64,000 bases of DNA from a virus (lineage: Duplodnaviria > Caudoviricetes). Location of the stretch: the IMG/VR virus record IMGVR_UViG_3300028653_000015, positions 15,116-79,115 of that record; one strand, given 5' to 3'. The position numbers and the translations under genes are program-made. The notes beneath the pieces were generated by a model that was given only the letters and a program-made list of their open reading frames with translations, had not been told where the DNA came from and ran no database searches. Below, piece by piece: positions 30,650 through 39,083 of the stretch (positions within the stretch are counted from its first letter, which is position 1; every line of letters starts with the position of its first letter).

Positions 30650-31976
30650 GACACCAGTCAAGAAGCCTACGTACACAGGGCCTGTGTACGTAGACCCCAA
30701 TTCTATCCCGCGAGCTGATGCAAATGAGCTTCTGGATGTTCTCCAAGCCACGCTTGGCGGCGATGGTGTAATCCTGCAGCAGGGTATAGAGGTAGAAGGT
30801 CGCTTAGATCTAAGACGACCAAGTGGAATCACCCAACTAGATATCGCGTGTGGTGGTGGTCTGCCAGCTGGTGGACTTTCTCAGATAGATGGGGCTGATG
30901 GGGTGGGAAAGAACCTGCTGATGAACTACTACTTTGCCAAGCAGCAGTCCATTCATGGAGCCGCCACCAACCTGGCCATGGTGTGCCTAGAGAGTGGTTA
31001 TGACAAGCTGTTTGGCAGGGCGGTAGGAGTCAAGGTAGCACTATCTCCATACGAGATTGAGGCAGAGGGCAGGCGTAGGCGCATGAAGGGAGAGCCTGAG
31101 CTCACAGTTGAGGAAGTAGCAGAGCTACAGTCTCAGGTAGGCAACTTCCACATCTTCCGTGGTGCCGCATCAGAAAAGATACTGGAGGCTGTGGTGCACT
31201 GTGTGTCATCCAACTCCTATCAGATCATAGGCATTGACTCTTGGGATGCCATGCTCACCGCAGCAGAGGAGGGTAAGGAGCTCGAGGACAACGCGAAAGT
31301 AGCCGATGCTTCGGGTATACAGACTAGATGGATGCGCAAGGTGTTTGGTGCCTTATCTCCCCAAAAGATCTGCCCGGACTGCTTTGGTAGGCCACTGGGA
31401 TTCAAGCAGTATGGCAAAGGGAACTTCGACTACATCTGCCCAGAAAGCAAGTGCGGTTGGAAGGGTAAGAAACCCTACATGTGGGAGAACGAAACTACCC
31501 TCATAGGCATTCGGCAGATACGCGCCAACCTGAATAAGATGGGCATGCATGCTCGGGAGTACAAAGTCGGAGGTGCATATGCTCTTCGTCACGGCAAGAT
31601 GATCGATATTGCCCTCAGGCGAGGCAAACCGATAGAGCTCAGCAATAACAACATCGGAAAAGAGATCAACTGGGAGCTTACAAAGGGCAAGGCAGGTACA
31701 CACGAGGGTCTGAAAGGAGCATACGAATACTACTACGCTCCGCCAGGCATCGACCTGTCTTCAGATCTAGTCAACTACTGCTCGGCCAACAACATCATCC
31801 AGTATGGTGGACCAAAGGTTGGGTTCTACGTGACGTCTATGGATGGTAGTGAACAGGTTAAGTTGGGGACCAAGGAAGAGATGCAAAGGCGGGTAGAGGA
31901 AGACAAAGACATTGAGCACCTTCTTCGTGTTCTCAGCTTCAGAGAGGCCGGGCTAGGGAGAGTGCGGTTCAAGTGA
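30633..31976 (+). CDS. RecA-like recombinase with Zn-ribbon insertion
   Basis: PSGITQLDIACGGGLPAG, GADGVGKN, IIGIDS, IRQIR, GGAYALRH, TKGK. Confidence 0.88.
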   Translation: MPKPSKTPVKKPTYTGPVYVDPNSIPRADANELLDVLQATLGGDGVILQQGIEVEGRLDLRRPSGITQLDIACGGGLPAGGLSQIDGADGVGKNLLMNYYFAKQQSIHGAATNLAMVCLESGYDKLFGRAVGVKVALSPYEIEAEGRRRRMKGEPELTVEEVAELQSQVGNFHIFRGAASEKILEAVVHCVSSNSYQIIGIDSWDAMLTAAEEGKELEDNAKVADASGIQTRWMRKVFGALSPQKICPDCFGRPLGFKQYGKGNFDYICPESKCGWKGKKPYMWENETTLIGIRQIRANLNKMGMHAREYKVGGAYALRHGKMIDIALRRGKPIELSNNNIGKEINWELTKGKAGTHEGLKGAYEYYYAPPGIDLSSDLVNYCSANNIIQYGGPKVGFYVTSMDGSEQVKLGTKEEMQRRVEEDKDIEHLLRVLSFREAGLGRVRFK

Positions 31977-32515
31977 ACACCATCAAATTAGAGCTGGCTG
32001 TACGATATGTAGGGTTCGGAAAGTCCTGTAGCAGTTGCGGACAGGTGAGGGAAACCACACACTATGCCCTCCAGAATACAGTGAGTGGTGATGTGCTACA
32101 GGACTTCCGACTCTGCGATAAGTGTCAAGACAAGGGGCACGTGATACGATTTGAAGTGGTGGGCTCTGCTGACACCAATAGAGCCAGAGGAGCGCGTAGA
32201 GTACGAATATCCAGAGAGCTGGAGAGGGGCCTTGCCAGGGATGTAGGAGGCAAGGTGCAGCCAGGATCTGGAAACCAAGATGATAAAGACGATGTGCGGG
32301 TGTTCGGAGAGTGGCGATTCGAACACAAGTACACGGACAACTGCAAGGACTACATACTGCACGCTTCAGATCTAATGGCGGTGGTACGACATGCCAAACT
32401 GTCTGGAGAGTGGCCAGCATTCGTTCTGAACTTCCGCAAGCTCGGTAGGAAGTTTGTCACAATTCCATACGAGCTATTCCTCGAACTAATGGAGAGACTG
32501 CGTGCCAATAGATAA
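31973..32515 (+). CDS. Zn finger plus PD-(D/E)xK nuclease (Hjc-like resolvase)
   Basis: CSSC...CDKC, then ELERGLAR..GG..QPGSG...DD...FEHK. Confidence 0.7.
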   Translation: MNTIKLELAVRYVGFGKSCSSCGQVRETTHYALQNTVSGDVLQDFRLCDKCQDKGHVIRFEVVGSADTNRARGARRVRISRELERGLARDVGGKVQPGSGNQDDKDDVRVFGEWRFEHKYTDNCKDYILHASDLMAVVRHAKLSGEWPAFVLNFRKLGRKFVTIPYELFLELMERLRANR

Positions 32516-33383
32516 GCTGATGAGCGTAAAAGATCTGAGCACCTGCTCAAAGAAGGTGTTCCAAGAAATAACAGTAGTGAACAGAATCGAATCTCTGCTG
32601 GAAGACATGAATGTCAAGGCAAGTTCGATGTCTGATCAGTTAATGATTGGAGACATGGTACGCATGACTCATGTGTTCCATGCCTCCGAAATTGGAAGAA
32701 CCACAGGTAGGTCGCCTAGTGGCAAGTACCCTATGGGTTGTGCTAGAGCCCTATACTACAGTTACATAAATGCACCAGCTGAGGGTTCTTGGACTCCCAG
32801 AAACAGACGCATACTAGACACTGGTACTGCAATCCACAGTCAGCTACAGATGTACTTAGCGGAGGTAGCAAAGAAGAGGAAGAAGACAGAGTCGTTCGAG
32901 AAGGAAGCTCTCATCTCTCCAGAGACAAACCCAGTAGCCGATGTCTTAGATCTATCCGGACATACTGATGGCATCTACAACATCACTCTTCCGCACTTGC
33001 AAGTACGTTTTGGAATAGAAATCAAATCCATCAATGATGCTGGATTCAAGGCCACCAAATCAGTACACCCAGAGCACGCAGTACAAGGTACCATCTATCA
33101 AGCATGCTTGGATTTGCCGGTTATGCTGTTCCTGTACTACAGCAAGAACGATTCCAACATGGCCGAGTTCCTTCAGGTATTTGATCCCAACATATGGGAA
33201 GAGATCAAAACAAAAATCAACTGGGTTAGGGAGTGTGTGTACAAAGGGGTAAGCCCCCAACAAGAGATAGGGTTTGGTTGCAAGACCTGCAAGTACAAAG
33301 CGATCTGTAAGCCACCACAAAGGACAAGAAGGCCCATGGCAGTGAATGCATTCAGAACAAAGGGAGGTATGGCATGCGGATAA
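32502..33383 (+). CDS. Cas4-like PD-(D/E)xK exonuclease
   Basis: ASEIG..CARALYY, GTAIH, GHTDG, EIKS, Q..IY, CKTCKYKAIC. Confidence 0.8.
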   Translation: MPIDKLMSVKDLSTCSKKVFQEITVVNRIESLLEDMNVKASSMSDQLMIGDMVRMTHVFHASEIGRTTGRSPSGKYPMGCARALYYSYINAPAEGSWTPRNRRILDTGTAIHSQLQMYLAEVAKKRKKTESFEKEALISPETNPVADVLDLSGHTDGIYNITLPHLQVRFGIEIKSINDAGFKATKSVHPEHAVQGTIYQACLDLPVMLFLYYSKNDSNMAEFLQVFDPNIWEEIKTKINWVRECVYKGVSPQQEIGFGCKTCKYKAICKPPQRTRRPMAVNAFRTKGGMACG

Positions 33384-34012
33384 TCAGACCTGGTGTAGAG
33401 CTAGTATCCTGCTCTACAAATCCAGAGAAATTGATCGAGCGTATGGGAAGAATTTGCTACAAGAGTGAGGACATGATCACAGAAGATTCTGCCCCCAAGT
33501 TCATCAGAATGATCATGCAGCGGGGTCATGAATCTGTACTAGAGCATGCCGTTGCTAGCTTCATCATCACAACAGACCGTGGGGTTACCCACGAAATAGT
33601 ACGGCACAGGCTTGCTAGCTACTCTCAGGAGAGCACAAGATACTGTAACTTCTCGCAGGATCGTTTCGGGGGAGAGATTACTGTTATCGAACCACCCGGT
33701 CTAGGTGAAAGTATGGCTTGGGGTTTCTGGCATAGCGCTGTAGCAGTAGCTGAAGCCCAGTACTTAGCGATGCTCAATGAAGGCATGTCACCACAGATTG
33801 CTCGATCTGTTCTTCCGAATTGCCTGAAGTCTGACATAGGGATGACAGCGAACTTTCGAGAGTGGCGTCACTTCCTCAAGCTGAGGACTAGCCCAGCAGC
33901 ACATCCGCAGATGAGAGAAATAGCGAATCTGATAGCACAAATACTATGCGTCCTGTCTGCAACATGCTTCGGGGAATTCTTGGAGAAGACTGATGCCAAT
34001 ACTGGAGGCTAA
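33374..34012 (+). CDS. thyX: Flavin-dependent thymidylate synthase
   Basis: GHESVLEH, RHRLASYSQESTRY, ARSVLP, NFREWRHF..LR...AAHPQ. Confidence 0.95.
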   Translation: MRIIRPGVELVSCSTNPEKLIERMGRICYKSEDMITEDSAPKFIRMIMQRGHESVLEHAVASFIITTDRGVTHEIVRHRLASYSQESTRYCNFSQDRFGGEITVIEPPGLGESMAWGFWHSAVAVAEAQYLAMLNEGMSPQIARSVLPNCLKSDIGMTANFREWRHFLKLRTSPAAHPQMREIANLIAQILCVLSATCFGEFLEKTDANTGG

Positions 34013-34616
34013 CTACGAACAAGGCATGGCTGCCTATGAACAAGCAGCCGACAAGGGTGATGCGGAACTGATCAAGATGGGCTTCCCTAGGTCCCAAAGA
34101 CCTATGGTAACTGTCGAGGGTGTGCAGCAGTTCGCAGATAGACCTACCCTACCTGAACGTCTCAGCGACTTGTCGATGTCAGACCTGCAGGACTTGCTTG
34201 GCTGGTTCACTGCCTGGCACTCGTATGCTGTGGAGCAGGTACCTCCAATGCGCATCATGAGAAACACAACAGAAGCTGCTCGCGACTTTGCGTGGGCTAA
34301 GATCCGAAAAGAAAAGAAGGGTACAGTATCTGATAAGAACGATAACACCCGTACGGATATGAGGTACGTCCAGGCAAACACCGCCTATGAGACCTCAGAC
34401 TACATGTACAATATGATCAAGGCCATAACAGATGGCCTGTACAGAGAGATTGAAACCATATCCAGAGCCATCTCAGGACTGGAACAAAAATTCGGTGCAG
34501 AAGGACATCGTTTTTCAGGAGAGCGTCGCGGTGTTGGTGCACACTCTGGCCCCTCCTTCAAAACACCGTTCAAAGCTGATGTCATGGCACGATTCCGTAC
34601 AGGGACCAAGCGATGA
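33993..34616 (+). CDS. Hypothetical helical protein, possibly UvsY-like
   Basis: Long helical pattern within the recombination cluster. The UvsY resemblance is weak. Confidence 0.55.
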   Translation: MPILEANYEQGMAAYEQAADKGDAELIKMGFPRSQRPMVTVEGVQQFADRPTLPERLSDLSMSDLQDLLGWFTAWHSYAVEQVPPMRIMRNTTEAARDFAWAKIRKEKKGTVSDKNDNTRTDMRYVQANTAYETSDYMYNMIKAITDGLYREIETISRAISGLEQKFGAEGHRFSGERRGVGAHSGPSFKTPFKADVMARFRTGTKR

Positions 34617-35122
34617 GCTTGGTGATCCCAAAATCGAAGAAAGTGCAAGAGGTTAGACATGTAGCAGGACTACATGTGTGGGTACCCTTCCTGCCGCCAT
34701 CCTCAAATGGCATCTACGTGAACATACCGGGCCACGGTAGAACTCTATCTACCCAGGCTCGGGCGTTCAAGGTGAAGGCCATGCGAGAGATTCAACAGAA
34801 AGGTAGGGTGGCCTTTCTGCAACTGAAACCCAATGTACCCTACCAACTGAACCTCACAGTATTCTTCGATCATATTGAAATCAAAAAATCAGCAAAGGGA
34901 AACAGGTACATAGTTAGAGACTTGAGCAACGTAGTGAAGTTGATAGAAGACACGGTGTCAGAGGCAGTAGGGATAGGAGATGAGCACAACTTCAGACTGG
35001 TTCTAGAGAAGCACTGTGATCCTGAGAACCCCGGTATGTATGTAGACCTAATTCAAATATCTGAGAAGAGTGTAGGTCTGACAAAGAAGGAGTACGATCT
35101 TGGTCACACCACTAGTACCTAA
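34613..35122 (+). CDS. RusA-like Holliday junction resolvase
   Basis: PPSSNGIY, RDLSNVVKLIEDTV, GIGDE. Confidence 0.78.
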   Translation: MSLVIPKSKKVQEVRHVAGLHVWVPFLPPSSNGIYVNIPGHGRTLSTQARAFKVKAMREIQQKGRVAFLQLKPNVPYQLNLTVFFDHIEIKKSAKGNRYIVRDLSNVVKLIEDTVSEAVGIGDEHNFRLVLEKHCDPENPGMYVDLIQISEKSVGLTKKEYDLGHTTST

Positions 35123-35480
35123 AGTCGATGCAAACGACTTCTCACGTACGAACATCACAGAGTTGATTACTCTGTGCCAGCATGCCGGTATCCTTGGAGC
35201 ACACAGGGGCATACCGCGCAAAACACTTATCGCACTGCTGAGAGGAGAGACAACAGCCAGAGCAGTAGACATGCCGGACCCTGTGGACAACTACAGGGAG
35301 ATGATGCTCTATCTACAAGAGTCCATGCCAGACATTATCAAAGGGCAACTGAAGTGCAGTACTGATCACTACTTCTGCCCGGCTTGTCCGCCAGCAAGAG
35401 TGGTAGCATGTGCACTCGTGAACTTTGATGAAGGGTTCAGAGAGCAAATCTTGAAAGAGATGAAGATGGGGCAAGGATGA
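35100..35480 (+). CDS. Hypothetical protein
   Basis: Packed ORF with an HeH-like N-terminus and a Cys cluster. Confidence 0.6.
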   Translation: MVTPLVPKVDANDFSRTNITELITLCQHAGILGAHRGIPRKTLIALLRGETTARAVDMPDPVDNYREMMLYLQESMPDIIKGQLKCSTDHYFCPACPPARVVACALVNFDEGFREQILKEMKMGQG

Positions 35481-35719
35481 ACCTCAAGAGTTGTGTAAGC
35501 TGTGACCGGCTTACCACCTGTCACGTCGTAGATGCAGACAAGTTGGAAATGGGGTATTGTTGCGATTCATGGGCCAAGACAAGCTCAAGTATCTTGTCAG
35601 GCCGCCTTCAAATTGCTAAAAGGTTCGGACCTTGGGCACTCAGGTACGAAACCATTCGACTGCAACCAGTAGGTGAGAGTGCTGGACCAAAAATCAGGAG
35701 ACGACACAAAAATGGCTGA
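35477..35719 (+). CDS. Small Cys-rich hypothetical protein
   Basis: ATGA overlap. CVSC..C...CC. Confidence 0.55.
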   Translation: MNLKSCVSCDRLTTCHVVDADKLEMGYCCDSWAKTSSSILSGRLQIAKRFGPWALRYETIRLQPVGESAGPKIRRRHKNG

Positions 35720-36272
35720 CACGTACACTCGCGAAGATCTAGGAAAACTGAAGCGCTCTGAGCTGCGGGCCTTGGCTGTAAGTGACAAGGTGGGCATGAC
35801 GTTCCAAGAAGCAAGCACCGCACGATCTGAAGACATGGTGGAGATTATCCTCAAGAAGCTCGGAGGAGCAGGAGCTAAGAAGGGAGCACCCGCTCCCAAG
35901 GGAAAGCCAGCTGGTAAGCCAGCACCTACCCCAGAACCCGAACCGGAAGAGACACCAGAAGAAGAGGCCCCTGCGGAAGAAGAAGCTCCTGCAGAAGAAC
36001 CCGAAGAAGTGCCGGAAAAGAAGAAGGGTGGCAGGGCCCTGAAGGAAGAGAATACGGTCATCCAACGGGTAGATACAATCGGCCTGTTGGTCGAGGAAAC
36101 ATCCAAGAACGTGGTAGGTCTGACTGAGAAGTTGGGTGCCCTGCAGAAGCAGTCCTATGTTGCACTCAGCTTGCTCAAACTGCTGTTGGGTGCCAACATG
36201 GAACCTGATGAGGTGGACAAGGCTATCGACGAAGCCTCCACAGAATTCGATGGTGGCGAGGGAAAAGAGTAA
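35712..36272 (+). CDS. Protein with Rho-N/HeH-like N-terminus, acidic linker and coiled coil
   Basis: AGGAG RBS before ATG 35712. YTREDLGKLKRSELRALA...RSEDMVEIIL. Ends just after a slippery site. Confidence 0.75.
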   Translation: MADTYTREDLGKLKRSELRALAVSDKVGMTFQEASTARSEDMVEIILKKLGGAGAKKGAPAPKGKPAGKPAPTPEPEPEETPEEEAPAEEEAPAEEPEEVPEKKKGGRALKEENTVIQRVDTIGLLVEETSKNVVGLTEKLGALQKQSYVALSLLKLLLGANMEPDEVDKAIDEASTEFDGGEGKE

Positions 36273-36451
36273 AGGGGATAGACCCCATACCTCCGTCTGC
36301 TGAAGACGTAGTCACATTCAGCTTCAGCAGCCTAGAGAGAATGAGTGTCAAAGAACTTCTGATGGTGATCGAGTCTGTTGTATCTGACCGACCACCACCA
36401 GGAGCTACTAAAGAGCAGCTCCTGCACTTCATTCATCTCAACTCGATCTAG
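36260..36451 (+). other. Candidate -1 programmed frameshift (G GGA AAA) with ~61-aa extension
   Basis: In-phase slippery heptamer with the hairpin GGGG-ATAGA-CCCC 7 nt downstream. The -1 frame is open to TAG 36451. Confidence 0.65.
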
Positions 36452-36459
36452 TTTCGAGT

Positions 36460-36492
36460 AGAAGGGAGCCCACCGGGGGCTCCCTTTCTTTT
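36460..36492 (+). terminator. Rho-independent terminator
   Basis: AAGGGAGCCC/GGGCTCCCTT stem plus a T tract. Confidence 0.85.
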
Positions 36493-36494
36493 GC

Positions 36495-36522
36495 CAAAAT
36501 ACATACCCTACGAGGGTATAAG
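36495..36522 (+). promoter_or_regulatory. Putative phage promoter CAAAA-N17-TATAAG
   Basis: Motif copy directly after a terminator and upstream of 36568. Confidence 0.6.
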
Positions 36523-36567
36523 GATTATGAGTAGGAAGATCTAACCCACAAACCGAAAGGATCAGCC

Positions 36568-36927
36568 ATGAGTATGCTAATGCCGAAAGACATCCGAAGT
36601 GATGTGCGGAGAATTCTAGCCAGTGCTGCCACTGGAAAGCCCGTAGGATGGAAGCCTCAGTATGTTACTGCCTATCAGATCTTTCGACGGCTTCCCTCCG
36701 CAATCAGACACAGACTGGTAGCTGAAAGGGGGAAGCCTGGGAAGGGTAGCGGCAACGAGTTTGCAGCGGCGAGTGTTGTTGCCATGGCATGCAGGGGCAT
36801 GCCTGACGTACGTATCCGACGTCTGGACACCGAAGGTATCACCTTCGAAACCGGCACAAACAGAATCGCGAAAGCAGGGTACAAGGTGTGTGGCATCTAC
36901 AGACTGCTACCACACCAGAACAACTAG
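36568..36927 (+). CDS. Basic hypothetical protein
   Basis: AAAGGA RBS, 119 aa. Confidence 0.7.
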   Translation: MSMLMPKDIRSDVRRILASAATGKPVGWKPQYVTAYQIFRRLPSAIRHRLVAERGKPGKGSGNEFAAASVVAMACRGMPDVRIRRLDTEGITFETGTNRIAKAGYKVCGIYRLLPHQNN

Positions 36928-36945
36928 CACAGGAAGGATTGGAGG

Positions 36946-37194
36946 ATGACAGAGAACGGGAAGACGTATTGGGTACACAAGTCAGAAGAGCGGACGTGGT
37001 GCAAGTTGTTGCCGCAACAATGGTCATTGCATGTAGAGCCCTCATTCCTAGCCAGGTACATCTACACTGGCTATGTGGCGATCAGAAACGAGAAGGTAAT
37101 ACAAAACATCGGCGCTGACGATGTGACCGAGTGTCAGCAACTGGTAGAGCAGAAAGCTAAAGAGTATCTGACAGCACTGCTGTCTGCTCTATAA
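36946..37194 (+). CDS. Hypothetical protein
   Basis: 82 aa with a purine-rich RBS. Confidence 0.6.
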   Translation: MTENGKTYWVHKSEERTWCKLLPQQWSLHVEPSFLARYIYTGYVAIRNEKVIQNIGADDVTECQQLVEQKAKEYLTALLSAL

Positions 37195-37304
37195 TGGTAA
37201 TGACCTTTGAAAAAAAAAAGAACGGAGGGACATGCGCGAAAGACTCTTGGCTGTGGTAGCAGTACAGAGATCGGTGCGTACACAACTGTAGACTTGCGCT
37301 AGAC

Positions 37305-37333
37305 CCCTCTCCCCGCTGCTGGCGGGGAGAGGG
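37305..37333. terminator. GC-rich hairpin between convergent genes
   Basis: CCCTCTCCCCGC-TGCTG-GCGGGGAGAGGG. No clear T tract. Confidence 0.65.
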
Positions 37334-37353
37334 ACCATACGCTAAACCTTAGC

Positions 37354-38655
37354 CTACAGAGGTATCTGACCCTTCTCTAGCTTCCGCACTATGTTCAGCA
37401 CTCTGCGTATTCCTCGAACATCCTGACTGGCCTCAAAAACAGGATTGGTGGGCTGCACAGTAGGCGCACCTGGAGCAGGAGCAACAGGTGCTGGTGGCCG
37501 AATATCAAGAGCCCCCACCTTCCGAAGACTCGCAGGCATCTTGAACTTGGGTACCCTTGGCTCCTTCCCGAATACCTCAGGACCTGCCTCTAGAACCGCA
37601 TCAGCTCGCTTCTGTAGGGCGTTTGCTATCTTGACCAGCTTCCCCTTCTCCTTAGCCAACTCACGCAGCCTGTCCATGGATATCTCCACCATGCTACCAA
37701 AGAACTTGGGGTTGTCGTAGTGGTCCAGGTATGCCTCTTTGGCGTCTTCAGCAGTGTCCCAGCCAAGCAATATCTTGTCCTCGTCGTACTTGCCTGTGTC
37801 TGGCCTCTGCTGGTGTACTACGAAAGCCTTCTCCGCATCCGGGTTGGGCCCTACAAAGACATCCAGGCCCTCTCCGTCCGCTCCCTTGGTGCCTCTGATG
37901 TAGCCATAGGCATATCTGAAAGTGGTAGCCCACTCGTGGCCGTCCTTGTCTTTACCTCTCCGTACACTACCCGCTGTGTGCTCTATGTCTAGTGGCAAGC
38001 CTTGGAACTCCATCTGTGAATCTAGCTTGTAGGCTGCTGTCTTTGCCTTCAGCCACAACTCTGCCATCCCACGCTTGTCCAGGCCCTTAGCCTGACGTAC
38101 TCGGGCATCCTGTGGCTCTTGTGGCTCTACCTCTGTGGTGGGGTTATCATCAGTGTCACCGGAACCAAGACCAGTGTCCCTGGTAGCCACATCAGAGTCA
38201 TGCTTCATGTCACGGGCAGGAGGATTGAAACTGTTCTGATCAACTACTGGCACACTCCCAGGCAGGTCTGTGGGACTGCCTGTGTGTTTATTTGCTCCTC
38301 GGCCTACAAACTCTGGCGAGCTCTTCTCTTCCGGCTTTTGATCTTGGGTTGGTGGGTTCAATCTACTCTGATACATGGCTCCGGTATCTTCGATGTCAAA
38401 GTTGGAGTAGTCAGCTCGCTTTACTACCGACCCGATTTTGAAAATGCGATTCAGATGGGGTTGAAGCTTAGTCCCATCACCCATGAATCCGCCGCCATCG
38501 TAATCAGACATCTTCTCCTCCCCGGTTTGGGTGGGGTCCATACGAGTACCTTGGAGTTGATGGCCAGAGATTTCTCTGGCCTGCTCCTCGTTATCACCGT
38601 TGGGACCGTCCAGCTTCCCTAGAAGCTTTTTGTCCTGGGAGGGGTCTTCTATCAC
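37354..38655 (-). CDS. Putative virion protein with inorganic pyrophosphatase-like (InPase) domain
   Basis: FQGLPLDIE..GSVRRG...YGYIRGTKGADGEGLDVFVGP...YDEDKILLG. Alternative start ATG 38511 with a GGAGGAG RBS. Confidence 0.78.
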   Translation of the reverse strand: MIEDPSQDKKLLGKLDGPNGDNEEQAREISGHQLQGTRMDPTQTGEEKMSDYDGGGFMGDGTKLQPHLNRIFKIGSVVKRADYSNFDIEDTGAMYQSRLNPPTQDQKPEEKSSPEFVGRGANKHTGSPTDLPGSVPVVDQNSFNPPARDMKHDSDVATRDTGLGSGDTDDNPTTEVEPQEPQDARVRQAKGLDKRGMAELWLKAKTAAYKLDSQMEFQGLPLDIEHTAGSVRRGKDKDGHEWATTFRYAYGYIRGTKGADGEGLDVFVGPNPDAEKAFVVHQQRPDTGKYDEDKILLGWDTAEDAKEAYLDHYDNPKFFGSMVEISMDRLRELAKEKGKLVKIANALQKRADAVLEAGPEVFGKEPRVPKFKMPASLRKVGALDIRPPAPVAPAPGAPTVQPTNPVFEASQDVRGIRRVLNIVRKLEKGQIPL

Positions 38656-39074
38656 TTTGCCTTTGAGGGAGTTACTGGTTTTGGTGCTGGATGTGTGAGA
38701 CGTACTGGAGGGGTAACGTGTGTGGGCATTGGTCGTGGCATTCCTGGGTGGCCTGTACGCATAGCTGGTGGTACGGAGTTGACTAGTGCGCCCACCTCTA
38801 CAGCCAGAGGGTCTGTAGCAGACACACGTGACAGTGCCCTACACATCTGCCCGGCCGCCATGGCGGAGAGGGTCAAGGTCTGTGGGGTAAGAGGCTTCCC
38901 AGCTGCAATAGCCGCTGCGGCATCAAGTAAACCCAACTCCTTCAATGCTGCTACAGCAGCTAGCGTAGGCGCATTGATTTGGATAAGTCTCTGCTGTACT
39001 GCTGTACTCAGTGTGACAGTCACCTGTGCCTTAACTACTGCTTTAGGGGTGGGTGGGGTCGGTGTAGTTGCCAT
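38652..39074 (-). CDS. Pro/Ala-rich hypothetical protein
   Basis: AAGGAG RBS, 140 aa. Confidence 0.65.
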   Translation of the reverse strand: MATTPTPPTPKAVVKAQVTVTLSTAVQQRLIQINAPTLAAVAALKELGLLDAAAAIAAGKPLTPQTLTLSAMAAGQMCRALSRVSATDPLAVEVGALVNSVPPAMRTGHPGMPRPMPTHVTPPVRLTHPAPKPVTPSKAK

Positions 39075-39083
39075 ATGATCTCC

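Noticed and set aside
32502-33383. Cas4-like gene as evidence of a CRISPR-Cas system
   Set aside because: No array or other cas genes were seen, and solo Cas4-like nucleases are common in phage recombination modules.
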